DNA of 64,000 bases from a bacterium (GCA_965242885.1 CBDETH010000008.1:1442225-1506224); one strand, 5' to 3'; shown: positions 18,171 through 27,852, counted from the first letter of the stretch. Numbers and translations are program-made. The notes: generated from the letters alone by a model not told the origin.

Positions 18171-18230
18171 GCGCGCCACCTCGCGCGTGCGCCACCTCGC
18201 GCGTGCGCCACCTCGCGCGTGCGCCACATC
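18171..18230. repeat. 16-bp x3.75 tandem repeat (gcgccacctcgcgcgt) in the 5' leader of the dehydratase gene
   Basis: Units at 18171-18186, 18187-18202 and 18203-18218, with a partial unit at 18219-18230. The unit is not a multiple of 3, so it is non-coding. Confidence 0.85.
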
Positions 18231-18263
18231 AGACATGAAATCGGTGATCGGAAGGGTACAGCG

Positions 18264-19223
18264 ATGCTGATCAACCTGGAAGAAATCGAACAGGCGAGAA
18301 GGGAACTACCGCCGGAGGTCGTATATACACCCGTCCTGCATTCAGGTGCGATTTCCGATCAGACCGGCGCGGACGTCTGGCTGAAGACGGAAAACCTGCA
18401 GGTGACGGGGTCTTACAAGACGCGCGCGGCCTATACCATCCTGAACCGACTTTCCGCGGACCAGAAGAAAATGGGCGCCGCCATTTCCTCCTCCGGTAAT
18501 TTCGCGACGGCCTTCGCTTACATGGGCACGCTGCTGGGGATTCCGACGGCTATCGTGATGATGGAAAAGACTTCGCCCTACAAGGTGCAGCGCACGATGG
18601 ACTACGGCGCCGAAGCGGTGCTGTGCGAAAACCACAACCAGGCGAGATGGGACACGCTGGACCGGCTGGGCAGGGAACGGGGGATCACCGCGATCAATAC
18701 GTGGGAAGACGAGAACGTCGTTCGGGGCCACGGCAGCATCGGCGCCGAGATCATGGAACAGGCACCGGACCTGGACGCCGTGATCGTCCCCGTGAGCAGC
18801 GGAGGCCTGATCGGCGGCATCGCCACGGCCGTGAAGACGCTAAATCCCGCGGTGAAGGTGATCGGGGTGCAACCCGAAGGGTCGCAGGCGGTTTACCGGT
18901 CTTTTCTGAAGAAGGAGATCTGCGAGGTGCCGGAACCGGACACGATATGCGATTCGCTGGTGGCGCCCCGCCCCGGTGACCTCACCTTCGAGCACGTAAT
19001 GGCCTACGTGGACGAGATGGTCCTGGTATCGGATGAACAGGCGATCGACGCGGTGAAGTACCTGATCGGGGCGATGAAACTCGTGGTCGAGCCGGGCGGC
19101 GCGGTCGGCGTCGCCGCGCTCCTGAACGGCATCGTTAAGCTGGAAGGCAAGAAGGTCGTGGCACTGCTCAGCGGCGGGAACATCATGCCTGAGCAACTCG
19201 CGGGGTACCTGGGCGCGGCCTGA
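18264..19223 (+). CDS. Threonine/serine dehydratase (PLP-dependent, fold type II)
   Basis: PLP-lysine motif LQVTGSYKTRAAY; GGGLIGG glycine loop; about 320 aa from ATG 18264, with SD gaaggg upstream. Confidence 0.8.
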   Translation: MLINLEEIEQARRELPPEVVYTPVLHSGAISDQTGADVWLKTENLQVTGSYKTRAAYTILNRLSADQKKMGAAISSSGNFATAFAYMGTLLGIPTAIVMMEKTSPYKVQRTMDYGAEAVLCENHNQARWDTLDRLGRERGITAINTWEDENVVRGHGSIGAEIMEQAPDLDAVIVPVSSGGLIGGIATAVKTLNPAVKVIGVQPEGSQAVYRSFLKKEICEVPEPDTICDSLVAPRPGDLTFEHVMAYVDEMVLVSDEQAIDAVKYLIGAMKLVVEPGGAVGVAALLNGIVKLEGKKVVALLSGGNIMPEQLAGYLGAA

Positions 19224-19315
19224 TGGGCAGTCGCCAGGCAGGGCCTGATGGCGGCCGTCGGGCGGGGCTTGATGACGCGGCCTGATCCTCGACTGCTGAG
19301 CAGTTACGATACAGT

Positions 19316-20611
19316 TCAGCGACTCCTTTCCTTGATGTAGATATTCCCGCTGTTCGTCTTCAGACGGATCCGATCGCCACCGCCGTTGAGGTCGCCGCTG
19401 GCTTCGCTCTGCACGTAGAAAAAAACGCCCCATTCGCTCTGGTTCAGGCGGAAATCCGAATCGATGTGGCCCAGATCATCGCGCCACAGCCGGCTTAACA
19501 GGAGTCCACCCGACGATCCCTCCGCATCGATCGTAGCCGGCAGGTCTTCGGGCAGATAGATGGTGACGTCTCCTTCGGTGGTTTCAAGGTTACGTTGGGT
19601 TTCAGGGCCGCGTTCTGTATCTTGAGAGTCGGTTTCCGTCTGTGCTGTATCCCGGCTTGTGCGGGCAACATACACTTCGATGCTGCCGCGAATAGCCTGC
19701 GCCTTTACTGAGCCCCGTGCGTCGAAGAGGTGTATATTGCCGTCGAGCGCGCCTGCGTCAATCTCTCCATCCGTTGTATCCGTTTCGATGTTTCCATCCT
19801 CGGTATCTACTGTCACTGCGCTCTGTGCGCCGCGGACCGAAATGTCGCCGTCTGTCGTCGAGGCGCTGACATCGCCCGTCACGCGACGGATGTAGATATT
19901 GCCGTCCACGGATTTCGCCGCTACAGTGCCTCGCGTGTTGTGGATTTCGATATCGCCATCGGTCGAACGAGCCGTGACGGGACCGCGGGTGGAGTTGATT
20001 TCGATGTCGCCGTCCACGGCGTGGGCCGTGACAGAACCTGTTACCTCTTCAATCTCGACGTTGCCGTCCGTCGTGCCTGCGTCGACCAGACCTTCCGCCG
20101 TGCGGATTTCGATGTCGCCGTCCACGGTTCGGGCTGTGACGGGACCCATCACCTCTTCTATCTCGATATTCCCATCAACGGTCGTGAGATCCAGTGTGCA
20201 CGATACGGGCACGCGTACGTTCATTTCAACGGTTACACGATTGCGAAAGAAAATCGACTCATCTTTGTCAACAACCCGGATATGCACTTCGTTATCCCGC
20301 CGCGACAGTACCACCTCGACTTCTTCGAAAGCGTTGCGCGCCCGATCTTCACGCCGGCCTTCGATCCGTTTTTCTATATGAATCTCCACCTCGTCGTTCG
20401 TCCAGCTGTCCACCTGGATCGATCCGATCTCGGCCTCCAACGTCAAGGTTGCTGCCGGGTCGACCGTGTATCGCCGCTCGATGGTTTCCACGAACCCGTC
20501 TTCATCGCGCGCGAAGGTGGCTTCCTGTGCGTCACCTGGCGAAGGCGCTACGATGAACAGGGCGAGCCATGTACAGCATACAACTGCGCGATACAGGGGT
20601 TTCATTATCAT
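19316..20611 (-). CDS. DUF4097-family beta-strand-repeat ('putative adhesin') protein, paralog 1
   Basis: Signal peptide, then repeated VDGNIEIEEVxGxVTAxxVDGDIEI... units. Confidence 0.6.
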   Translation of the reverse strand: MIMKPLYRAVVCCTWLALFIVAPSPGDAQEATFARDEDGFVETIERRYTVDPAATLTLEAEIGSIQVDSWTNDEVEIHIEKRIEGRREDRARNAFEEVEVVLSRRDNEVHIRVVDKDESIFFRNRVTVEMNVRVPVSCTLDLTTVDGNIEIEEVMGPVTARTVDGDIEIRTAEGLVDAGTTDGNVEIEEVTGSVTAHAVDGDIEINSTRGPVTARSTDGDIEIHNTRGTVAAKSVDGNIYIRRVTGDVSASTTDGDISVRGAQSAVTVDTEDGNIETDTTDGEIDAGALDGNIHLFDARGSVKAQAIRGSIEVYVARTSRDTAQTETDSQDTERGPETQRNLETTEGDVTIYLPEDLPATIDAEGSSGGLLLSRLWRDDLGHIDSDFRLNQSEWGVFFYVQSEASGDLNGGGDRIRLKTNSGNIYIKERSR

Positions 20612-20671
20612 GCTGACCGAGTTGGTTGAGTTCGACCTTCACTTAAAAGGATTTGACCGCACAGAACGGTT

Positions 20672-21541
20672 TCAGGAGGAGCCGACCGTAACGCGTCCCC
20701 CCAGGGCACTGGAGTTCACTTTACCTCCCACTTCGTCGATATCGATACTTCCGCCGATCGTCTTCACGTCCACATCGCCAAGCGTTGGGCCGATTTCGAT
20801 GTTCCCGCCTACCGTCCCGGCTTTGACGTTACCCTGGACCCTGCCGATTTCGATGTTTCCACCCGTCGTTTTCACGTCGACATCTCCACCGGTGTCACCG
20901 ATTTCAATGTCACCACCCGTAGTCTTCGCCTTCACGCCGCCATCCGCCCGTTCGACCGTGATGTCTCCACCGGTCGTAGACGCCTCGGTTTCCCTGCCGC
21001 CGCCCCGTATCCTGATGTCTCCTCCGGCGGTGCCGGCCGTGACGTCGCCGTCCGAGACGGTGCCGATATCCACGTCGCCTCCCGCGGTCCTGGCGTTGAT
21101 GTCGCCGTTCAGGTCGCCGGTCTCGATGTCCCCGCCCGATGTCTTGAGTTCCAGGTTGTAGGTTTCCGGCACCCGCACTTTCACTTTTACCGAAACCCGG
21201 TTGTTCCTGAACCATCCCGGCCGGTCGATCTCGACGCGCACGCCGTCCCGGTCCTGCGATATTTCCACTTCCACCTCTTCAAGTTCCTGCCGGGCCCGCT
21301 CCTCGTCGACTCTCCGGATCCTTTTCTCCACGAACACATCCACTTCGTTCCTGGACCAGGGCTCGACCTGTATGGAACCCATATCCGCATCTACGGTCAG
21401 GGTACCGCCCGGTTCTACCGCGTACTGCTCCTCGATCTGTTCCACATGACCGCGTCCATCCACCATGGAAGTAACCTCCTGCGCGCTGCATCCCGAAGCG
21501 ATGAACGCGAACACCATCGTCAACAGTCCTGAAGGTCTCAT
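20672..21541 (-). CDS. DUF4097-family beta-strand-repeat protein, paralog 2
   Basis: Signal peptide MRPSGLLTMVFAFIASGCSAQE; repeated TGGDIEIG/TGGDVDVKT units; SD gagggagg upstream. Confidence 0.6.
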   Translation of the reverse strand: MRPSGLLTMVFAFIASGCSAQEVTSMVDGRGHVEQIEEQYAVEPGGTLTVDADMGSIQVEPWSRNEVDVFVEKRIRRVDEERARQELEEVEVEISQDRDGVRVEIDRPGWFRNNRVSVKVKVRVPETYNLELKTSGGDIETGDLNGDINARTAGGDVDIGTVSDGDVTAGTAGGDIRIRGGGRETEASTTGGDITVERADGGVKAKTTGGDIEIGDTGGDVDVKTTGGNIEIGRVQGNVKAGTVGGNIEIGPTLGDVDVKTIGGSIDIDEVGGKVNSSALGGRVTVGSS

Positions 21542-21607
21542 AGCCTCCCTCGCTCGCTATACTGCTAATCTACCACTATGGACGCGCATCCGCAACGCTG
21601 TCCGGCG

Positions 21608-22915
21608 TCACTGTTTCTTGATTTCGATATTGCCGTTCGTCGTTTCGATCCTGATCGTGTCGCCGCCGCCGTTGATGTCGCCCCGGACCCTGGCCTGGCC
21701 GCCGCTTCCGTATCCGTATACCCGTGCCCATGTCGAATTGCGGCTGCCGATGTTGTCGTTACCGTCGATGTCGAATTCCGAATACACGCGGTAGTCGCGG
21801 CGTTTCCAGAATCCTGAAACACCGAGATCGACCGTGGCGTCGATAGTCGCCGCCAGGTCTTCCGGCAGATAGACCGTCACTTCGCCGCCGGTCGATTCAA
21901 GATGGCAACTGCGATCGACTGAGGGGTCTGTTCCGCCAAGTGCGACATTGAGGTCGCCCCCCGAGGTCTTTGCCGTCACGCCGCCCTGTGCGTTTTCAAT
22001 CTGGATGTCCCCGCCCGTGGTCCTGACCGTGACGGTTCCTCTGGCGTTTTCGATGTCGATGTCCCCGCCTCCGCTTTCGGCATCCACGCCATCCATCGCG
22101 TTTTCGATCTGGATATCGCCCCCCGAAGTTTCTATCGACAACCTGCCCGATGCGTTTTCGATGTCGATATCTCCACCGGACGACGTCGCCGTCAGCTTGC
22201 CGGCCGTGTTTTCGATCTCGATGTCTCCGCCGGATGTCCTGACATCCACGTCCCCATCGGCGTGTTCGATCTGGATATCGCCCCCGGAGGTCTGCACTAC
22301 CGTCCTTCCGCCGGCGTTTTCAATCCGAACGTCCCCCCCGGACGTTTTCATCCTGGAATCCGCGTCGCTGCTTTCCAAACGGATATCGCCTCCCGACGTG
22401 CGGACGTCGACGTTCGACTCGCGGATGTTCCCCATGACCACGTCGCCTCCCGACGACCGGGCGCGGACGTCACCTCGCAGGTCATCGATTACGATATCGC
22501 CGCCGGAGGCTTTAAGATCAAGATGGTAGCGTTCGGGGACCCGCACCGTGATACTTACGGTTACTCTGTTCCGCCGATTCGAATCCGGGCCGTCCACGCT
22601 GATGTGCACGTCATCGTCCCTTTTTTCCGTTCTGACCTCGATGTCGTCGAAGGCCCTGCGCGCCCGGCCTTCGTCTAAGAACTCCGACCGTTTTTCAACC
22701 GTCACGTTCACTTCGCCCTTCGCCCAACTGCTGATCTCAATCGATGCGAACGCGTTGTCCGTCGTCAGCGTACCCCCGGATTTCACCGGGAAGCTGTATT
22801 GGGACTGTTCTACGTAGTCCGCGCCGTCACGCATAAACTTTGTCTCCTGTGCACTGCTCGTATACACAGCGGATATTGAGGCGCAAATCAGCGCCGCCAT
22901 CCCCAGCGATCTCAT
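21608..22915 (-). CDS. DUF4097-family beta-strand-repeat protein, paralog 3
   Basis: Repeated SGGDIxIEN units. The ATG at 22915 (MRSLGMAALICAS...) has a strong SD gggagggg 4 nt upstream; the ORF frame extends to 22966 with a TTG. Confidence 0.6.
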   Translation of the reverse strand: MRSLGMAALICASISAVYTSSAQETKFMRDGADYVEQSQYSFPVKSGGTLTTDNAFASIEISSWAKGEVNVTVEKRSEFLDEGRARRAFDDIEVRTEKRDDDVHISVDGPDSNRRNRVTVSITVRVPERYHLDLKASGGDIVIDDLRGDVRARSSGGDVVMGNIRESNVDVRTSGGDIRLESSDADSRMKTSGGDVRIENAGGRTVVQTSGGDIQIEHADGDVDVRTSGGDIEIENTAGKLTATSSGGDIDIENASGRLSIETSGGDIQIENAMDGVDAESGGGDIDIENARGTVTVRTTGGDIQIENAQGGVTAKTSGGDLNVALGGTDPSVDRSCHLESTGGEVTVYLPEDLAATIDATVDLGVSGFWKRRDYRVYSEFDIDGNDNIGSRNSTWARVYGYGSGGQARVRGDINGGGDTIRIETTNGNIEIKKQ

Positions 22916-23028
22916 AGCCCCTCCCGTGATCATGGAAACGTCGCGTCGATGTGTGCTGAACTGCAACTACCTATAAGACTGTGGGGAAGGGGAAAATGTT
23001 GCGTGCGAGACAAGGATTTCCCGGTTGC

Positions 23029-23823
23029 CTACTCCACCCAGTGAGACACGAGGGGCTTCAACTCAACGGGCAGGCTGTCAAAGACTTCCATTGGAAGGGT
23101 GGGAACCAGGTTTTCCGTTCCACCGGTTTCGTCCACCAAAGTCCGGCGGTCTGCCGAACCGGGCCGCAGCACGTTCAGATTGAGCCACCAGGGCGCGTAG
23201 CGGACGACGACTGCCACGCGGGGATCCTTGTAGGTGTTGGCGGCCGTCGAATGCCAGAGCCGGCTGTCCATGACGAGGACGCTACCCGCCTCGCCGGTCA
23301 CGTTCAGCTCGTTCGGATGGGGTTCGTCGGGAGGTACCCCATTGTTGCCGGTAGGATTGTTGTCGTCGCGGTGGCTGCCCGGGACGATGAGCGTGCCCCC
23401 GTTTTCGCCGGTGAAGGAGGAGAGCATCCAGATGGTCGTGAGGTGCATGACCGCGTCCGGATACGGTGCGGGCACATGTCCCGCGTTCCGCTGGTTGAAG
23501 GGCCAGTCCGCGTGCCAGCCCCCGCGGTCGTTTCCGGGTTCGTTGATGGTGGCCGTGGTGAAAGAGATGCGGAAATGGTGACCGAGCAGTGCGCCGGCCA
23601 GGTCGAGGAGCCGCCGGTCCGCGAGCCAGGGCGCCAGCGACTGGTCGTACTTCAGGAAACCGCTCACGTGGCCGATGTTCGCGGGTGCGTCGGGATTTCG
23701 GTGTCGGTTGGTGGAGGCGATGACCCGGTCGCGTATCTCATCCAGCCTGTCCCCCGGGATGATGCTGTCCAGGACGCACCAGCCGTCGAGTCGCATGCGC
23801 TGTTTCAGTCGCTCCAAAGACAT
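23029..23823 (-). CDS. Phytanoyl-CoA dioxygenase (PhyH) family Fe(II)/2-oxoglutarate oxygenase
   Basis: HxD...H facial-triad context (IVPGSHRDD ... LWHSTAANT); 264 aa; lies 12 bp downstream of the epimerase gene on the same strand. Confidence 0.65.
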   Translation of the reverse strand: MSLERLKQRMRLDGWCVLDSIIPGDRLDEIRDRVIASTNRHRNPDAPANIGHVSGFLKYDQSLAPWLADRRLLDLAGALLGHHFRISFTTATINEPGNDRGGWHADWPFNQRNAGHVPAPYPDAVMHLTTIWMLSSFTGENGGTLIVPGSHRDDNNPTGNNGVPPDEPHPNELNVTGEAGSVLVMDSRLWHSTAANTYKDPRVAVVVRYAPWWLNLNVLRPGSADRRTLVDETGGTENLVPTLPMEVFDSLPVELKPLVSHWVE

Positions 23824-23835
23824 GCCGTTTCGTCC

Positions 23836-24807
23836 CTACAGGTCGTCGGTGCTCAGCGTGCCGGCTTCGTGATGACGGCGGAATACGTCCCAGGTCTCCC
23901 TGATTCCCTCGTCCAGCGGCGTGTAGGGGATCTCGCCCACATCCTCCTGGATGGCGCGGTCATCGAGGTCGGGCGCAATGGGCAGGTTCAGGTCCAGGTG
24001 GGTGATGAGTCCCTCCGAACCCGGGACGACGCGCTCGATGGACGCGATGACTTCGTCGATGGTTACGACGTCGCCGCGGATGCTGTAGGCCCCGGCGCCA
24101 TCGGTGGCGGCTTCGCCGCAGCGGATGAAGGTTCGCGCCGTGTCGTTCACGTACTGCATGTTGTTTCGCCCGCCGTACCCGATCACGTACGGCCGGCTCA
24201 ACAGGGCGGCCTTGACCGCCTTCGTGGGGTCGGAGGTCAATCCGAAGTCCCGGCCCGGGCCGTACACGGTCCATGGCCGAAGACCGATGCTGGAAATGCC
24301 GTGGTCGAGGAAATACACCCGCGCGTTCGCCTCGTTGCATTGCTTGAAGACGCCGTAGTGGGTGACGGGCCGCAACACCGCGTCGTTGCCGACCGGACCC
24401 GCATCGTAGTCGTCCTCCATGCCGTAGACGGCCGCGGAACTCGCGTAGACGACGCGCTTGACGATGTCGTGGTGGGTTTTCGCCGCCTCGAAGACGTTCA
24501 GGGTGCCGATGACGTTGACCGTTGCGCCCTTGATGGGGTCGGCCCGGCACACGGGCACCTGCAGCCCGGCCAGGTGGATGATGCGGGAAGCGCCCGTTTC
24601 TCCGACTACCCGGGTGAAGTGGGTCCCGTCGGCGATGTCGCCCTTGATGAACCGGACCCGGGCAATCTGATCCTCGTCCATGATGAGCGCCATGCGGGCG
24701 GTGTGTTCCACCAGGTCGTAGATGGCGACGTCGTGTCCGTCGTCGACCAGGTTCTTCACAATCCACGAACCGATGCAACCATATCCGCCGGTGAGCAGAT
24801 ACTGCAT
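23836..24807 (-). CDS. NAD-dependent epimerase/dehydratase (extended SDR)
   Basis: N-terminal Rossmann fold LLTGGYGCIGSWIVKNL; YxxxK-type catalytic region; 323 aa. Confidence 0.8.
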   Translation of the reverse strand: MQYLLTGGYGCIGSWIVKNLVDDGHDVAIYDLVEHTARMALIMDEDQIARVRFIKGDIADGTHFTRVVGETGASRIIHLAGLQVPVCRADPIKGATVNVIGTLNVFEAAKTHHDIVKRVVYASSAAVYGMEDDYDAGPVGNDAVLRPVTHYGVFKQCNEANARVYFLDHGISSIGLRPWTVYGPGRDFGLTSDPTKAVKAALLSRPYVIGYGGRNNMQYVNDTARTFIRCGEAATDGAGAYSIRGDVVTIDEVIASIERVVPGSEGLITHLDLNLPIAPDLDDRAIQEDVGEIPYTPLDEGIRETWDVFRRHHEAGTLSTDDL

Positions 24808-24941
24808 AAAAAGGTCCTATTCTGCAGGGTGCAGGGACCAAAAATCATGGGCCGAAAAACCTCGTCCATGGTATGACGCGCAAGGTCGAGTGTCAAGGGA
24901 AACAGCCGCCTTCCCACGGGCCGGTCCGCGGCTCACATGGC

Positions 24942-25040
24942 GGCCCGCCGGCAACCTGTTCGAGGTACGTCCCACGGCCCGCCGGCAGCCTGTTCGAGGT
25001 ACGTCCCACGGCCCGTTTCCGGCCCGCCGGCAGCCGTTTT
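24942..25040. repeat. ~34-bp x2 (plus a degenerate third) tandem repeat (ggcccgccggcaRcctgttcgaggtacgtcccac) in the divergent intergenic region
   Basis: Units start at 24942 and 24976; a degenerate copy runs from 25010 to 25040. Confidence 0.8.
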
Positions 25041-25097
25041 AGTCCTTGATCGGACCCCGCCGGGCCGATACATTGTGCCCATCCCGGAACGACCGGC

Positions 25098-25157
25098 GAT
25101 CAACCGGCGATCAACCGGCGATCAACCGGCGATCAACCGGTGATCGACCGGTAAACG
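25098..25157. repeat. 12-bp x5 tandem repeat (gatcaaccggcg), each unit carrying GATC and ACCGG
   Basis: Units at 25098, 25110, 25122, 25134 and 25146. With a further GATC at ~25176, there are six GATC sites within ~80 bp. Confidence 0.85.
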
Positions 25158-25223
25158 GCCGGTATCTGTACGGAGATCGTCCGGTAAATCCAGTAGTTAC
25201 CATCCCCTCAAGCGATCTGTTTC

Positions 25224-27221
25224 ATGAGCGTACGCCAGCGGTCTTCCGCGCCGTCCGGAAAGCCGGATTCCCATCCTCCCGGTACGGGGCCTCCCGCCCG
25301 GCATGGCGGACTGGCGTCGGGCATGACGCTCCGGGCGGTGGGTCTCGGCCTGGGACTCTCCGTGTTCATGGCGTGGTGGGTGGTGCATTCCGCCTTCGAA
25401 GCTCATTCTTCCTACCTTTCCATTACCCACTTGCCCATGGCGGCGCTCTTCCCCTTCATGCTGGTCGTCTTCGTCATAAACGGCCTGTTGAAGCGTTTCG
25501 CGCCCACGCGGATCTTCACCGCGCCGGAACTGATCATCATCTTCTTCATCGTGTTCACGGCCTCGGCCGTCCCGGGATGGGCCTTTACCACCTACTGGGT
25601 CGCCATCCCATCCATCCCCCACTACTACGCCAATTCCGAGAACAGATACGTCGAGTTGTTCTTCGAGTACCTGCCGACCTGGCTGATCGTCCCCGACGAA
25701 CGGCGGGCCGTGCACTGGTTCTACGAGGGCCTGCCGTCTACGGGTATCATTCCCTGGCGGGACTGGATCATCCCCATGAGCTGGTGGGGTACCTTCTTCC
25801 TGGCCCTCTTCTTCGCCAGCGCATCGCTCATGGTGATCCTGCGCAAGCAATGGATCGAAAGGGAGCGGTTGACCTTCCCGCTGGCCCGCGTTCCCCTGCT
25901 GCTCGTCGAGGATGACGACAGCGGTTCCGTGCTGCCCCGGATCGCCCGGTCCAGGGTGTTCTGGTACGGTTTTTCTATCCCCCTCTTCGTCATCCTGTGG
26001 AATATCGTCTCGTACTGGGACTTCGTGCCGCCCATCAAACTGGGCGGCGATTACCGCATCCCGATCACCCTGGCCGAATCCTTCCCCCCGATACAGTTCA
26101 AGATCAGTTTCGCTTTCATCGGCATCGGCTTCTTCACGAACCTCAATATCCTGTTCAGCATCTGGGTATTCTTCCTGTTGGCCACAATCCAGATCGGCAT
26201 CATGAGCCGGTTCGGCATTCCGAAGACGACCGAGATCGTCACGGCGCAGCACCTGGGCGGTTTTTTCATGTACACGCTCTTCGGACTCTGGATGGCGAGA
26301 CGCCACCTATACGACGTGGTGCGAAAGGCCATCGGCCGGGGACAAGACATTGATGATTCGGGGGAGTTCTTCTCGTACCGGACCGCCATGGCGGGCGTGG
26401 TGTTCGGCATCGTCTACATGTTTTTCTTTCTGATCAGCATGGGCATGTCATTTGCCGCCGCGGCCACGCTGCTGGCCACCTGCATGCTGCTCTTTATCGG
26501 GGTCACCCGCGTAGTGGCGGAAGCCGGTCTGATCTACCTGGACCTGCCCTACAACGCCCACGAATTCACGGTTTTTTCCTTCGGGTCGGCGAACCTGCAC
26601 CGGGCCGACCTCACGATACTGACGCTGTCCCAGACCTTCTCGAGGAACTGGCGGACACTGGGCATGTGCGCCATGGCACACGTCAACAAGATGGGCGACG
26701 AGATCGGCGGGGCCCGGCGCGGGATTTTCCCGGTCATCGTCTCGGCCCTCCTCATGGCCGCGGTCATATCGGTCGTCTATACGGTGTTCCTGGGTTACGA
26801 TACCACCGGAGCGGACGGGTTCGAGGACGCCTTCGGCAATGCAAAGAGAGGCTACGAGACGCTGGCGACGTGGATCAACAACCAGACGCAGTTGACCGGC
26901 GGCGAGTACATGGGCCTGGGGGTCGGCGCGCTCACCGCCTGGCTGCTGATCCTGGCCCACCACAACTTCCACTGGTGGCCGCTGCATCCCATCGGCTGGG
27001 CGGTCGCCAAGACCTGGGCCATCGGGATGATCGCCACTTCGATTTTCATGGTCTGGCTCATCAAGGCCATAATCATGAAACTGGGCGGCACGAGACTCTA
27101 CCGCCAGTCGCAGCCCTTCTTCATCGGCATGCTGGTGGGGTACGTACTGGGTGTCGCACTTTCCTACGGCGTGGATGTGATCTGGTTTCCCGCCTCGGGG
27201 CATATCGTGGAGACGTGGTAA
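25224..27221 (+). CDS. Polytopic integral membrane protein, uncharacterised family, paralog A (665 aa, ~14 predicted TM)
   Basis: Many hydrophobic helices. Conserved blocks shared with paralogs B and C: ILRKQWIERERLTFP, VAEAGL, WWPLHPIG, GQPFFIG. Confidence 0.6.
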   Translation: MSVRQRSSAPSGKPDSHPPGTGPPARHGGLASGMTLRAVGLGLGLSVFMAWWVVHSAFEAHSSYLSITHLPMAALFPFMLVVFVINGLLKRFAPTRIFTAPELIIIFFIVFTASAVPGWAFTTYWVAIPSIPHYYANSENRYVELFFEYLPTWLIVPDERRAVHWFYEGLPSTGIIPWRDWIIPMSWWGTFFLALFFASASLMVILRKQWIERERLTFPLARVPLLLVEDDDSGSVLPRIARSRVFWYGFSIPLFVILWNIVSYWDFVPPIKLGGDYRIPITLAESFPPIQFKISFAFIGIGFFTNLNILFSIWVFFLLATIQIGIMSRFGIPKTTEIVTAQHLGGFFMYTLFGLWMARRHLYDVVRKAIGRGQDIDDSGEFFSYRTAMAGVVFGIVYMFFFLISMGMSFAAAATLLATCMLLFIGVTRVVAEAGLIYLDLPYNAHEFTVFSFGSANLHRADLTILTLSQTFSRNWRTLGMCAMAHVNKMGDEIGGARRGIFPVIVSALLMAAVISVVYTVFLGYDTTGADGFEDAFGNAKRGYETLATWINNQTQLTGGEYMGLGVGALTAWLLILAHHNFHWWPLHPIGWAVAKTWAIGMIATSIFMVWLIKAIIMKLGGTRLYRQSQPFFIGMLVGYVLGVALSYGVDVIWFPASGHIVETW

Positions 27222-27354
27222 TCGCCGGCAACGAGGCGGCGCGCGGTACCGAGGCGGAACGAGATATCGAGGCGAACCGCACGGTCGAGGCGGCCGCACA
27301 GTCAAGGCGGACCGCGCCGCCGAAAATGAAGACGAAAACGAAAGGAGTACCTGT

Positions 27355-27792
27355 ATGAGCGTGGAACAGGTCATGCCCGACGAGGCGGCCAGGCTGGTCG
27401 AATCCGAGGGGTACACATACATCGACGTCCGGTCGGTTCCTGAATTCGACCAGGGCCATCCCGCGCCGGCCGTGAACATCCCCTTGCTGCACGCGGACGA
27501 GCAGACCGGGCAGATGACGCCCAACCCCGATTTCGTGCGGGTGATGAAAGCAAATTATGCTGAGGATTCGAAGCTGGTACTGGGTTGCCGCACCGGCCAG
27601 CGTTCCAATCACGCCGCCGAACTGCTGCAGTCGATGGGATACCAATCGGTCGTCAACATGCGCTGCGGGTTCAGCGGCGAGATGACGCCCTTCGGCCAGG
27701 TGGTCAATCCGGGATGGGAGGAAGTGGGCCTGCCGGTGAGCCATGACAGCGGTGAGGGCGTGAGTTACGCGTCGCTCGCGGCAAAAGGGTGA
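27355..27792 (+). CDS. Single-domain rhodanese (sulfurtransferase)
   Basis: Active-site loop LGCRTGQRS; rhodanese fold; SD aaaggag 7 nt upstream. Confidence 0.8.
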   Translation: MSVEQVMPDEAARLVESEGYTYIDVRSVPEFDQGHPAPAVNIPLLHADEQTGQMTPNPDFVRVMKANYAEDSKLVLGCRTGQRSNHAAELLQSMGYQSVVNMRCGFSGEMTPFGQVVNPGWEEVGLPVSHDSGEGVSYASLAAKG

Positions 27793-27852
27793 GTTACGCA
27801 TCGCTCGCGGCAAAGTCGGAAGTGGACTGGCGGGGTCGTCGGCGGGTTCCGG

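Noticed and set aside
18015-18263. N-terminal extension of the dehydratase ORF through the 16-bp repeat
   Set aside because: Translation of the repeat gives low-complexity ARHLAR text. The homologous protein begins at MLINLEE (18264), preceded by an SD-like gaaggg.
19224-19315. Possible terminator between the convergent dehydratase and DUF4097 genes
   Set aside because: Only a weak 4-bp stem (ctgc-tga-gcag) and reiterated GGCCTGATG motifs, with no convincing GC-rich hairpin plus U-tract.
22981-24876. 631-aa plus-strand ORF across the PhyH and epimerase genes
   Set aside because: Antisense to two well-supported genes; Val/Gly/Asp-rich composition with no motif.
25197-26306. 369-aa minus-strand ORF, acidic/Arg-rich, antisense to membrane protein A
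   Set aside because: No TM or domain features; antisense to a gene with paralog support.
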